From a virus: 64,000 nucleotides of DNA. Positions 24,091 through 32,581 of this stretch are shown here, one piece after another (within the stretch, counting starts at the first letter, position 1; every line of letters begins with the position of its first letter). The position numbers and the translations under genes are program-made. Under the pieces are notes generated by a model, which was given only the letters and a program-made list of their open reading frames with translations, did no database searches and was not told the origin of the DNA. The stretch lies in the IMG/VR virus record IMGVR_UViG_3300012685_000002, positions 3,411-67,410 of that record. The stretch is one strand, 5' to 3'.

Positions 24091-24626
24091 TAGCCAACCT
24101 TGTAGTTGGGCGGCCAGTCGTGTGTCTGGCCACGTTCCTGATCGAGTGCATCGCATTTGCCCTTCACGGAGCAGAACTTGCAGACGTACGCTCGTGGGCT
24201 GTCCTTCGCGATGCGACCAGCGTCCCACCAGTCCCGCAGGGCTCTGGAGATGAGCACCTGTGCCTCGTCACTGGTAGGGATGTCAATGTAGTGTATGGAC
24301 AAGTTGCCGTCAACCTCTTGAATCAAGTCCACGGTCTTCACGTTGAACGAGGTGTAGTTGTTCACCACGGCGCCGAGAAGCTGACAGTCGTCCCGCCACC
24401 AGTCCTTCCATTGTCCACCACGGAACTGGAGGATGTCGTGGTTGAAGAGGTAGACGTTGAACGGACCTGCCGGTGTGTCGATTGGACACAGGGTGCCGAT
24501 GGCAGCCAGGACGGCGTCGCCCCGGACGTTCCGCCAGTTGCGGCTGCCCCACTGATTGGCTCGGGTACAGCCAACAAGGGGGCAAGGGATGGCGACGACT
24601 TGCTCAAGCGCTTGGAGGGGATTCAC
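24090..24626 (-). CDS. hypothetical protein, possible degenerate PD-(D/E)XK nuclease
   Basis: N-terminal CP and C-terminal CKFCSVKGKC as in the adjacent Cas4-like protein. Confidence 0.6.
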   Translation of the reverse strand: MNPLQALEQVVAIPCPLVGCTRANQWGSRNWRNVRGDAVLAAIGTLCPIDTPAGPFNVYLFNHDILQFRGGQWKDWWRDDCQLLGAVVNNYTSFNVKTVDLIQEVDGNLSIHYIDIPTSDEAQVLISRALRDWWDAGRIAKDSPRAYVCKFCSVKGKCDALDQERGQTHDWPPNYKVG

Positions 24627-24973
24627 CGACCGACTGTCTCCGCCGATTCGTGGCCGATACCAGCGTTCGCGTGTTGCTCCTCTTCTTCGATCATGCCTCG
24701 GAGCAGGGCGAGATAGAGTCTCGCGTCCTTGATGCGGCCACGGACATCTTCCCGCTGAGACTTGAAGCCGTTGATGTAGGCCAGGATACCGTCGAAGTGC
24801 TTCTGCATGTAGACCCAGAGCACCTGCTTCCGGTCCATGTGGAGCTGCTCGGCAAGCCGGTTGAAGTTGCCCAGGGCGTCACCGTGCGCGTACTCCTTCT
24901 GCGCGACGTGGCGCACCTGCAGCTCCTCGTCCTGCATGTGCTCCAGGAGCGTCTCCATCTGTTCGTTCGTCAT
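24623..24973 (-). CDS. all-alpha NTP-pyrophosphatase-like / nucleotide-modification-associated protein
   Basis: KEYAHGDALGNF...KHFD...RIKDARLYLALL pattern. Confidence 0.65.
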   Translation of the reverse strand: MTNEQMETLLEHMQDEELQVRHVAQKEYAHGDALGNFNRLAEQLHMDRKQVLWVYMQKHFDGILAYINGFKSQREDVRGRIKDARLYLALLRGMIEEEEQHANAGIGHESAETVGR

Positions 24974-25314
24974 GAGATGTCCAGGTTGTGTTTGGTGGAG
25001 ATGACACCCTTCACGAGCTTCCGGCCCGTGGTATCCTGGTCCGTGCCCTTGAAGTGAGCCTTGGGATGACGGGGCCGCATGAACTCGATCATGGCGAAGT
25101 TGGCCACGTCCACGAGCCACTCCTTGTTCCCCGTGTCCTTGTAGCGCTGCAGACGGATCTCCAGGGAGGCGACGGCATCGACTCGCTCTGGGTAGCCATC
25201 CGCCACCTTGCCGTACTTGAAGAAGCTCATGCACATGGCCTTGTACATGAGATCAGCGAACTGATCGCTGAACTCGGATTCCGGGACAGCGGTAGACTTC
25301 TTGATGGGTTTCAT
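24970..25314 (-). CDS. MazG-like all-alpha nucleotide pyrophosphohydrolase-like protein
   Basis: KYG...EWLVDVANFAMIE motif. Confidence 0.6.
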   Translation of the reverse strand: MKPIKKSTAVPESEFSDQFADLMYKAMCMSFFKYGKVADGYPERVDAVASLEIRLQRYKDTGNKEWLVDVANFAMIEFMRPRHPKAHFKGTDQDTTGRKLVKGVISTKHNLDIS

Positions 25315-25883
25315 ACCTTCTCCATGAGTGCTTCCACGAAGGCCTCGAAGTCGAAGGCCGCGTCCATCGCACTGAAGCCGTAGAGCCAGTCATCGGACTT
25401 CGTGATGGCTTCATTGGCGATGGGGTCCACCCGCTTGATGCCGTCGCGGTAGTTGGGTCCGGGTTTCAGGATGGCGTCGGCTACCTGCGGAGCAAAGAGT
25501 CTTGCTTCCGAGTAGGCCATCTGGTTGTCGATCTGGTGAACGATACGATCCGTCTGCAGCGATGGGATGGAGAGCTTGAGCTCGGCATAGATACGGTTAC
25601 GGAGCATCGTCTGCAGGTCTCTCGTCTCGTCCGTCTTCCACGGCTGCGGGATGTCGTTCGTGATGCTCTCATCCGCGTCATGAAGGAGAGCGTAGAGCTG
25701 CGTGAGCGTGGACTCCTTCATCAGCGCCGCGTAGAAGCTGCAGGCGTAGACGTGGTTGAGGACGGTCCACAAGCGTGTGGTGTGTCCGGCGAAGCGGGGG
25801 AGCTGGCTGAGACTGTAGCCGATGTCGTACAGCGAGGGTGCTCCGTGCTCTCGGGTGACATCCACCCCAGTGATGGTGATCAC
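25311..25883 (-). CDS. HD-domain 5'-deoxynucleotidase (YfbR/YfdR-like)
   Basis: PRFAGH, WTVLNH, ALLHDADE, DIPQPWK. Confidence 0.85.
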   Translation of the reverse strand: MITITGVDVTREHGAPSLYDIGYSLSQLPRFAGHTTRLWTVLNHVYACSFYAALMKESTLTQLYALLHDADESITNDIPQPWKTDETRDLQTMLRNRIYAELKLSIPSLQTDRIVHQIDNQMAYSEARLFAPQVADAILKPGPNYRDGIKRVDPIANEAITKSDDWLYGFSAMDAAFDFEAFVEALMEKV

Positions 25884-26815
25884 AAGCCTCCCTTCTTCGT
25901 GAGATAGATCTCCCAGCATTCGAGACAGGGAATCTGTGGCTGCCGTGTGGCCTTGTACTCGGGATGACGGGAGCAGGCGAGACGCTCGCCACTCGACATC
26001 CGGGTGACCTTGTCTTCCTCGTTCGGGATGCGCTTCTTGTTCGGATCGACGTGGAAGATGTCGTACGTCTGCTCCTTCGAGTGATCGTCGTGACTGTGGA
26101 ACGTGATCGACAAGTGCGCGGGAAGGATCGGGGGGTAACCCTTGTCTTCCGCGTAGCCTGAGCGGGAGTCGTAGGCGCAGCCGCAGATGTAGCCGTGCGT
26201 GGAGAGCCAGCGGATGTAGCGGGTGCCCCCGTGGGAGTGGTCCAGGTACGCGCGGCTGCTCGGCGGGATGACCACGCAGATGTGCGAGTGGGCCGACATG
26301 ATGGCGTCGGCGATGATCACCTCTTCGAACTTCTTGGCCTTCATGATCTTCGTGCCGGTGGCCACGCCCGAGTCGAGTCCGTGATGCGTGAAGATGGTGT
26401 AGGTCGTGCGATGGACTTGGAGATGCCAGAAGGTGGAGACCCCGTGGTAGGGGATGCCGAGCTTCATGCACAGCCCCTCGTCGAAGTTCAGCCCGCTGTC
26501 CTTGAAGGTCCGCCAGCCGTGGTTCCCCTTCACGCCGAAGAGCATCTTCTCCTTCACCGGGAGGAGCTTGTTGGCCACCCAGTTGAGCTGCTCCTGCGGG
26601 TTCATCGTCTGCTCGTAGATCTGTCCCTTGGAAGTCTTCGTCACGCACTCGCCGCCATCACCGAGATAGATGCCTCGGCCATGGGGATCATCCTTGAGAC
26701 GCTCGACCATCTCGTCAATGAACTCGTAGTCACACTGCGGCGCGCCGACGTGCCAGCAGACGAAGGGATAGAGAGTGAGCTTCTTCTCTTTGGTCTCGTA
26801 GCGGAAGTAGCGCAT
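25880..26815 (-). CDS. calcineurin-like metallophosphoesterase
   Basis: WHVG, LGD, GNH, HHG and AHSH motifs. Confidence 0.85.
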   Translation of the reverse strand: MRYFRYETKEKKLTLYPFVCWHVGAPQCDYEFIDEMVERLKDDPHGRGIYLGDGGECVTKTSKGQIYEQTMNPQEQLNWVANKLLPVKEKMLFGVKGNHGWRTFKDSGLNFDEGLCMKLGIPYHGVSTFWHLQVHRTTYTIFTHHGLDSGVATGTKIMKAKKFEEVIIADAIMSAHSHICVVIPPSSRAYLDHSHGGTRYIRWLSTHGYICGCAYDSRSGYAEDKGYPPILPAHLSITFHSHDDHSKEQTYDIFHVDPNKKRIPNEEDKVTRMSSGERLACSRHPEYKATRQPQIPCLECWEIYLTKKGGL

Positions 26816-27127
26816 CTAGGCTCCGAGGTGACTGTCAGCCGTGAGCTTCAGCTTCTTCTCGATCCACATGCTGATCTGTTGGCCGGTCGTGCTGCCGTAG
26901 ACCGTGGCCACTGTGTACGGAACCATGAGAAGCCAGCTCATGTGTTGGGTCACGATCAGGAACTTCGCCGTGATGTACCACGTCACGTTTGAGCCAATAG
27001 CGGCGATACGGTGGTACGCCACGCTGTTCCGATTGCGAGAGCGACTCACGATAGAGAAGCTCACGTTCTGGCAGAATGCCATGATCATCATCAGGGCGAT
27101 GGGCCAGATCACGTTCCATGCCTGCAT
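26816..27127 (-). CDS. small membrane protein
   Basis: three hydrophobic helices. Confidence 0.75.
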   Translation of the reverse strand: MQAWNVIWPIALMMIMAFCQNVSFSIVSRSRNRNSVAYHRIAAIGSNVTWYITAKFLIVTQHMSWLLMVPYTVATVYGSTTGQQISMWIEKKLKLTADSHLGA

Positions 27128-27136
27128 TATACCCCC

Positions 27137-27274
27137 CTAGATATGGATGTACCAGTCACAGTTGGGGCAGCCCATGAGCGGACCCAACTTGGCGATGAGA
27201 AGTTTCAGTCTGCAGCCACAGAGCTTGCAGACCTTCAGATAGTCTTCAGGTTGTCTCTGAATCGTAACGCTCAC
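27137..27274 (-). CDS. small Zn-ribbon protein (45 aa)
   Basis: CKLCG...GCPNCDW; GTG start. Confidence 0.45.
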   Translation of the reverse strand: MSVTIQRQPEDYLKVCKLCGCRLKLLIAKLGPLMGCPNCDWYIHI

Positions 27275-27425
27275 GCGGACGCTCCGGCACCTGTAGCTGG
27301 AAGGGATTCATTCGCTTGAGCCGCTCGATGGCCCCGCGCAATCGAGCAACGATGAAGCGGTCGTCGCCGTACTTGTCGCGCAACTTGGCCAAGCGTTGAA
27401 TCTCGTGCAGTACGTTAGTAGGCAT
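27246..27425 (-). CDS. small hypothetical protein (59 aa)
   Basis: MPTNVLHEIQRLAKL...; fills intergenic gap. Confidence 0.45.
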   Translation of the reverse strand: MPTNVLHEIQRLAKLRDKYGDDRFIVARLRGAIERLKRMNPFQLQVPERPRERYDSETT

Positions 27426-27852
27426 CGCTCTTTAGCGCAAGTTCGTAGTAGAGGAGGAGTGTGTCAGTATGACGCACATAGGTGGAGTCACCGCCGACAT
27501 AGCGGTAGCGGGCACAGGTCCAGTCGCCACAGGTCTTGTAGAGGACAGAGAGGATGTATGCGCCACAGTTGATGTTACGGTGGTAGAGCCACCAGCGGGT
27601 ACAGTGTGAGTCCTTCCCCCAGATGCTCGGCATGACTTGCATCCGTCCGTAGGCACCGGCGGAACTGATCACGCCATCGCCGCGACTGTGGCGTGTCTCT
27701 TCGTACGCGACACTCCACATGATCTTGGCAGGGACATGATAGTGGTGTCCAGCCTCGCGGAGCTGGAGGGCGTCTGGATGGCCCGTCACGAGGATCATGG
27801 CGATGAGCCGAGCGGCAGGGATGATCGCCTGCATGGCACAGATGTGGATCAT
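27415..27852 (-). CDS. lytic transglycosylase (SLT)
   Basis: catalytic EET, SSAGAYGRMQVMP, NINCGAYIL; N-terminal hydrophobic anchor. Confidence 0.88.
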   Translation of the reverse strand: MIHICAMQAIIPAARLIAMILVTGHPDALQLREAGHHYHVPAKIMWSVAYEETRHSRGDGVISSAGAYGRMQVMPSIWGKDSHCTRWWLYHRNINCGAYILSVLYKTCGDWTCARYRYVGGDSTYVRHTDTLLLYYELALKSDAY

Positions 27853-28268
27853 GCACCGATCAGCTCGAAGTGGTCGAGATCCATGAAGTCTCCTTCGTGG
27901 TTCAAGGTACCCTTCCATGCGCCGCCCCAACGGATGGCGATGTTGAGCGACTCAGCGGTCTTCTTGACGTAGCCCGCGAAGTGGTAGAAGCGCACGGTGT
28001 CCGTCCAGTTCACTTGGAGGACATCGTTCAGCGGGGCGACATCCACTGCGAGGGCCTGGGGACGTGCCGGGCCGACGACGTGCTTCGAGTCCATGGGGTT
28101 CGTGAGATGGGAGCGGCCACTGTCGATAGCCATCTGCTCGTCGGCAATGCTCCGAGCGCCCACGAGCACGACACAGTTGTAGCCTACGATGACGACCTGG
28201 AAGAGCTGGACGAGCTTCGGATGGCAGCCGTTCAGGCGGGTCAGGGAAGACTGGCCGAACGTGGGCAC
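27849..28268 (-). CDS. endolysin, M15 L-Ala-D-Glu peptidase-like
   Basis: SKH...AVD, IRWGGAW, DLDHFEL; GTG start overlapping holin stop. Confidence 0.9.
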   Translation of the reverse strand: MPTFGQSSLTRLNGCHPKLVQLFQVVIVGYNCVVLVGARSIADEQMAIDSGRSHLTNPMDSKHVVGPARPQALAVDVAPLNDVLQVNWTDTVRFYHFAGYVKKTAESLNIAIRWGGAWKGTLNHEGDFMDLDHFELIGA

Positions 28269-28489
28269 TACGGGCCACTCTTGGGCTTGAGGAACGGCAG
28301 GACGGCGCTCGCTCGGTTCAGGAGATCGTCGGCCAGGGCCTGGTTGAAGAGGGCCACGCCGAGTCCCAGGAAGGAGAGGAGCAGGATCAGGATGGGCTTC
28401 GTCAGCTCGGTGTGGTTGAGCACGAGGATACATCCTCCAACCACGGAGGCAAGGACGAGGAAGGCACCGAGCAGCTTGTTCCAGTTCAT
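28268..28489 (-). CDS. putative holin
   Basis: two TM helices directly upstream of endolysin. Confidence 0.7.
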   Translation of the reverse strand: MNWNKLLGAFLVLASVVGGCILVLNHTELTKPILILLLSFLGLGVALFNQALADDLLNRASAVLPFLKPKSGP

Positions 28490-29298
28490 TAGATCTCCCA
28501 GGAGCGAAGTAGTTCCTTCTTGCCTCTGTAGCTCTCAAAGTAACCTGAGTCCCGAGACTGCACAACTCCGACGCGACGCAATGGGATCTTGGTCTGGAAG
28601 AACCACGCTACAGCGTGCGGCTCTGTCTTCTTGTTCTTGTGGTTCATCATGTTGGGGATGCGCCAGCGGACGTACTCGATGGCTTGCTGGATGCAGTCGC
28701 CACGGTGGATGGCGTCGGGCTTGATGGAGTTCATCAACTCCCGTTCGATGAGTCGGATACGCTCGTGTCCGAGAGCACGCTGCCAGGGGGTCCGCAGATG
28801 TCGCTGGGGTAGATGTCGATGCAGGACGATGATCTGGGTGAAGGGAGACTCGGTGCGCCAACAACCACCTTTGGTCCAGACGATGGAGTTCCGCTTAGGT
28901 CGATGGTCATTGTGAGGATTCGTGCCTGCACGTCGAAGGAAATGTTGATAGCGCTCACTGGATACCCGCTCTCGAAGGAAAGATGCTCCTTCACGAGCTC
29001 CACCAATCTGGCAGTGTTGAGCGAAGTCATCCCAGTACTCCTCTAGTCCAGATGCGACGAGGACGTTCCACCAGCGCCAGGACCAGTCACGGAAAGGAGC
29101 TTTCGGAAGCGTGCTGCCAACTGCTGCTTCAAGCACTGTTCTCCCGAAGTAGCGACCAAGTGCAGCAAGTCCCAGGAGACGACGTACTGCCGCCGGAAGA
29201 TCGGCGTTGGCGGCTTCGTACCGCTGGAGGGCCGTGATGGCGCCTGCTCTAGTTCGGGGGAGTCCATGAGAGACGCCGGGGACATCAGTATTTCGCAT
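28489..29298 (-). CDS. basic hypothetical protein
   Basis: ORF 28489..29334, likely start MRNTDV; first gene after a consensus promoter. Confidence 0.65.
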   Translation of the reverse strand: MRNTDVPGVSHGLPRTRAGAITALQRYEAANADLPAAVRRLLGLAALGRYFGRTVLEAAVGSTLPKAPFRDWSWRWWNVLVASGLEEYWDDFAQHCQIGGAREGASFLRERVSSERYQHFLRRAGTNPHNDHRPKRNSIVWTKGGCWRTESPFTQIIVLHRHLPQRHLRTPWQRALGHERIRLIERELMNSIKPDAIHRGDCIQQAIEYVRWRIPNMMNHKNKKTEPHAVAWFFQTKIPLRRVGVVQSRDSGYFESYRGKKELLRSWEI

Positions 29299-29356
29299 AG
29301 TGAGAGAGAGAGGGTACCGTAGCTGGTGGCCCACGACGGGGCCACCGACGCCTCTG

Positions 29357-29384
29357 ATTATACCTTCCGGACGTGGCTTGTCAA
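29357..29384 (-). promoter_or_regulatory. sigma70-type promoter
   Basis: perfect TTGACA-N16-TATAAT. Confidence 0.8.
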
Positions 29385-29899
29385 GGGTGACCGAAGATGA
29401 GTCGGAGGAGTTCCACTGTGGCTACAAAGCCAGCGCCCCAGTGGGCCTTACACTTCAGGTCGCACTGAGGCGGAGGATCGTCAAAGACGATGGCAGGGGC
29501 CCCAGTTGGCGTTACACGCAACGAACGCAGGGGACCGGGCGTCCAGTACTGGTACTGCCAGTGGGAGAGCGTGTAGGCCGAATCTGTGGCCTGCAAGAGG
29601 AAGCCATAGGCCAGGGTCGAGTCACCGCGCTTCTCACCGATCTGGAGGGCTTCGAGACCCACCAAGTTAGGCACCTTGTAGATCGTTTCGGCGGGTGTCC
29701 GGATCACCCGCTCTACGATGTTCACCTTCTGGACCGTGTCGTGCTTGAGCTTCGTCAGCCAGAGTGTGTCGATTTGACGCACCGTGTCGTACTGGGTGAC
29801 GATACGTGGCACAGGTGGGAGGCTGGTGTGCCGGAACAACAGGCTGCCCAGAATGACGCCACAAGCGACCGCGATAAGCAACGTGAGCTTGTTGTTCAC
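29381..29899 (-). CDS. membrane protein, possibly spanin-like
   Basis: N-terminal TM, repeated DTV motifs, C-terminal hydrophobic segment, near lysis genes. Confidence 0.55.
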   Translation of the reverse strand: MNNKLTLLIAVACGVILGSLLFRHTSLPPVPRIVTQYDTVRQIDTLWLTKLKHDTVQKVNIVERVIRTPAETIYKVPNLVGLEALQIGEKRGDSTLAYGFLLQATDSAYTLSHWQYQYWTPGPLRSLRVTPTGAPAIVFDDPPPQCDLKCKAHWGAGFVATVELLRLIFGHP

Positions 29900-30165
29900 A
29901 GGACCGTCCAGAGTAGAGTGAGCAGGAGGGCCGCAATCTCCCGTTGAGCGAAGTCGAGATCATCCCAGCCCCAGGGATCGAGCCAGCGTTCGTAGCCGTA
30001 GCTGCCGGTCGTGTAGATGAGCAGGGCCCAGTACGGGCCGAGCCAGATGGCGAGGGGGATGTAGAAGACGCCGCTGAGTCCCTCGTTGATCCAGGTGCTC
30101 TTGGTCATCCAGGCTGGTTCGAAGCTCTGGAGCCACTTGATGAAGGCTTTGATCTTACCCAGCAT
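29896..30165 (-). CDS. small membrane protein
   Basis: hydrophobic; YERWLDPWGWDDLD. Confidence 0.7.
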   Translation of the reverse strand: MLGKIKAFIKWLQSFEPAWMTKSTWINEGLSGVFYIPLAIWLGPYWALLIYTTGSYGYERWLDPWGWDDLDFAQREIAALLLTLLWTVL

Positions 30166-30340
30166 GATGGCCTCGCTTGTTGAGCAACCACCAGGGTGAT
30201 CCCCGATGGATCAGGTTGAGCGTGTACTCGGGACCGGCGAACTCCCAGGGCCAGTCCGCGAGGTGAATCTCGCCACGCCAGGACTCATCGTCTAGAAGTG
30301 GAGTGTAATCTCTACGGCTACGGTCGCGCCAGATCTCCAT
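30155..30340 (-). CDS. small hypothetical protein
   Basis: ORF filling the gap; start uncertain. Confidence 0.45.
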   Translation of the reverse strand: MEIWRDRSRRDYTPLLDDESWRGEIHLADWPWEFAGPEYTLNLIHRGSPWWLLNKRGHHAG

Positions 30341-30498
30341 CCGACATCCTTCCAGCTCCAGCCGTTCTTGTCGATGAAGCGTTCGTAGACCACAGAGGGG
30401 GCAAGCTCGATAGCGATCCGTGGCAGCAGGTGGTGCGGGGAGATCCCGTTCGCCGCGAGGGCCAGGAGCATGCCACTGATCACCTCTGGCCAGTCCAC
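30292..30498 (-). CDS. small membrane protein, similar to 29896..30165
   Basis: YERFIDKNGWSWKD resembles YERWLDPWGWDDLD. Confidence 0.6.
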   Translation of the reverse strand: MDWPEVISGMLLALAANGISPHHLLPRIAIELAPSVVYERFIDKNGWSWKDVGWRSGATVAVEITLHF

Positions 30499-30698
30499 TA
30501 CTTCTTCCCGAAGGCCTTCTTGGCCTTGGAGAGGGTGGCGTGGGCAGCCTTCTTCTTCCCGAGGCCCTTGGTCGAGGCGAACTCGTGGAGCTGCTTCTGG
30601 CTCATGGAGAGCACGCCCTTGTTCTCCTTGTGGAGCTTCTCGGGGTGATGCTCAGCGATGGCGAAGAGCTGGCGTTGCTTCTCGGAGACTGCGGGCAT
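30498..30698 (-). CDS. small basic protein (DUF3008-like)
   Basis: MPAVSEKQRQ...MSQKQLHEFAST pattern. Confidence 0.7.
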   Translation of the reverse strand: MPAVSEKQRQLFAIAEHHPEKLHKENKGVLSMSQKQLHEFASTKGLGKKKAAHATLSKAKKAFGKK

Positions 30699-30706
30699 GG
30701 GGGCTC

Positions 30707-30862
30707 CTAGCTACTCGGGTTGGGGCTACCGTACGCTTCAGCGTGGACCACCACGGTCTTGCGGCCACCCTTGGCAATCCGGAGGATGTCAGGCATGGAC
30801 TCCTTCTTGGGAGCAGGCTTGACATGGTTCATCTTGGCGACGATCCGCTGGGACTCGGTCAT
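30707..30862 (-). CDS. small hypothetical protein (51 aa)
   Basis: MTESQRIVAK...; ATGA overlap with upstream stop. Confidence 0.55.
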   Translation of the reverse strand: MTESQRIVAKMNHVKPAPKKESMPDILRIAKGGRKTVVVHAEAYGSPNPSS

Positions 30863-30993
30863 TGTGGTTTCTCATCCGTAATGTACATGCCAGGACCGAT
30901 CTCTTCCACTCGGAACTTCATGAAGGGCTGGGTGGTCGGCTTGAGACCTTCCCAGTCCTTCACGTTCCAGAAGTACTCCCAGAGGGCGAGCAT
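30859..30993 (-). CDS. small hypothetical protein (44 aa)
   Basis: MLALWEYFW...; TAATG coupling. Confidence 0.55.
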   Translation of the reverse strand: MLALWEYFWNVKDWEGLKPTTQPFMKFRVEEIGPGMYITDEKPQ

Positions 30994-31622
30994 TAGATCG
31001 GGACTTCCGCCCAGATCAGGCCAATCGTGAGTACCGCCGCTGTGGCAGTCACGGTCGCGGCTACCGAGCACCAACTACCTGGAGGCACAATCATGCTACC
31101 GCCGAGATCCACGAAGCCAGGGAGTGTGGTATCGACTGATGTAGCACCGAGATGAATGCCGACGAACGGAAGCAGGAAGTTTCCTGCATTGACAACTGTT
31201 CCGACACGGAAGGCGCTCGCGTTGGGTGCGGCACCGCCAAGGAACAGGTTGCGGACGCCGTCGATGGCGGTAGTCGTGGTCGGAGCGCTAGGCTGCCCGG
31301 TATTTCCTGTGAGGCCGAGACCGAATGCGGCTGTCGTGGCAGCGGTAGTCAGAGCGAAACTGACAGCGAGCGGGACGATATTGACCGTAGTGGAACCGTT
31401 CCAGATCAGCGGGCCACCGGTACCGGCAGCGGTCGTATAGACCACCGGAGCTGTGACAATGGCCTGGGCAATGAAGAGACGGCCAGCGCGGCACTGCTCA
31501 TAGTAGCGACCGTTCAGCTCGCTGACGATGACATCGGCCAGACGACCTTGTCGAAGGGGTTGGGTAGTGACGCCAACTCCCAGCTGTTGTTCACCAACTT
31601 GTCCTGAGACTGGAAGAGGCAT
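30993..31622 (-). CDS. putative virion structural protein
   Basis: beta-rich, WAEVPI C-terminus, GGAG SD. Confidence 0.75.
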   Translation of the reverse strand: MPLPVSGQVGEQQLGVGVTTQPLRQGRLADVIVSELNGRYYEQCRAGRLFIAQAIVTAPVVYTTAAGTGGPLIWNGSTTVNIVPLAVSFALTTAATTAAFGLGLTGNTGQPSAPTTTTAIDGVRNLFLGGAAPNASAFRVGTVVNAGNFLLPFVGIHLGATSVDTTLPGFVDLGGSMIVPPGSWCSVAATVTATAAVLTIGLIWAEVPI

Positions 31623-31630
31623 AGGAACTC

Positions 31631-32581
31631 CTAACTCAATGGGGCGTCAATGAATACCGTGGGGTCCGGTGCTTCGATGCGTGGACTGTTGATGAAAGAT
31701 AGCTGATAGCTGATGCCGCGCAACAAGCCAATCTGTAGCTTCATCAAGCTGATGAGCGTCTCGATACCAGCCTGCTCAAGGACTTGTACCTGGCCGAGTT
31801 GACGAGCAGGACGATCTGCTGGATCAGTGATAACGGTGGAAGCTAGTGTCACCGCGAGAGTTGCATTGTCTACCGTGACGTGACCGAGCAGTCGGCCCAC
31901 ACGGTCGGTGGGATCGGTCGTGACAGTACCGGCCACGCTGGAGACGGCGACGGTGCCAGCCACGGTCACGGTGCCAGTGACGCTGTCCACAATGACGTGA
32001 CCGATCACGTTGCTACCGGCTGGGATAGCAGCACTCAGCGCGATGGAGCCTGAGTCTACAATGATATGGCCGATCACGTTCGAGCCAGAGGGTAGCGAGG
32101 GCAGGGTATCGACCGTGACGTGCCCTAGGAGGCGTCCTGAGCGATCTGTGGGGTCTGTGGTGACTGTCCCAGAGATACCGATAGTCCCGCTGTCTACAAT
32201 CACATGGCCAATCACCGCTGAGCCAGCAGGGATGGAGGGGAGCGAGGTAACGCTCACCGCGCCTGCCGAGTCTACAATGACGTGACCGATGACCGCTGAG
32301 CCTGCATCGACTGTAACGTGGCCTAGAACACGAGCGGCACGGTCAGTGACATCTACGGTCGAGCCGCCACCAGGACCGCTACTGACGATGCGGACGTAGA
32401 GCCCAGCTTCCGTACCGGCTGGAGCAACCGTGCTAACCGGAGCCACGCCAGCGGCTGTAGCTGCGTCACTGATAACGACTTGCTGCCGCTCGACAGTGGC
32501 GCCGCCAGCATTGACAAGCTCGGAGGTAGCGACCTTCTTGCCGCCGGAGTCGAGGGGGACTTGGATGAACTGATCAGCCAT
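31631..32581 (-). CDS. repeat-containing fibre-like protein
   Basis: repeats GSxVIGHVIVDS and DRxxRxLGHVTVD. Confidence 0.8.
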   Translation of the reverse strand: MADQFIQVPLDSGGKKVATSELVNAGGATVERQQVVISDAATAAGVAPVSTVAPAGTEAGLYVRIVSSGPGGGSTVDVTDRAARVLGHVTVDAGSAVIGHVIVDSAGAVSVTSLPSIPAGSAVIGHVIVDSGTIGISGTVTTDPTDRSGRLLGHVTVDTLPSLPSGSNVIGHIIVDSGSIALSAAIPAGSNVIGHVIVDSVTGTVTVAGTVAVSSVAGTVTTDPTDRVGRLLGHVTVDNATLAVTLASTVITDPADRPARQLGQVQVLEQAGIETLISLMKLQIGLLRGISYQLSFINSPRIEAPDPTVFIDAPLS

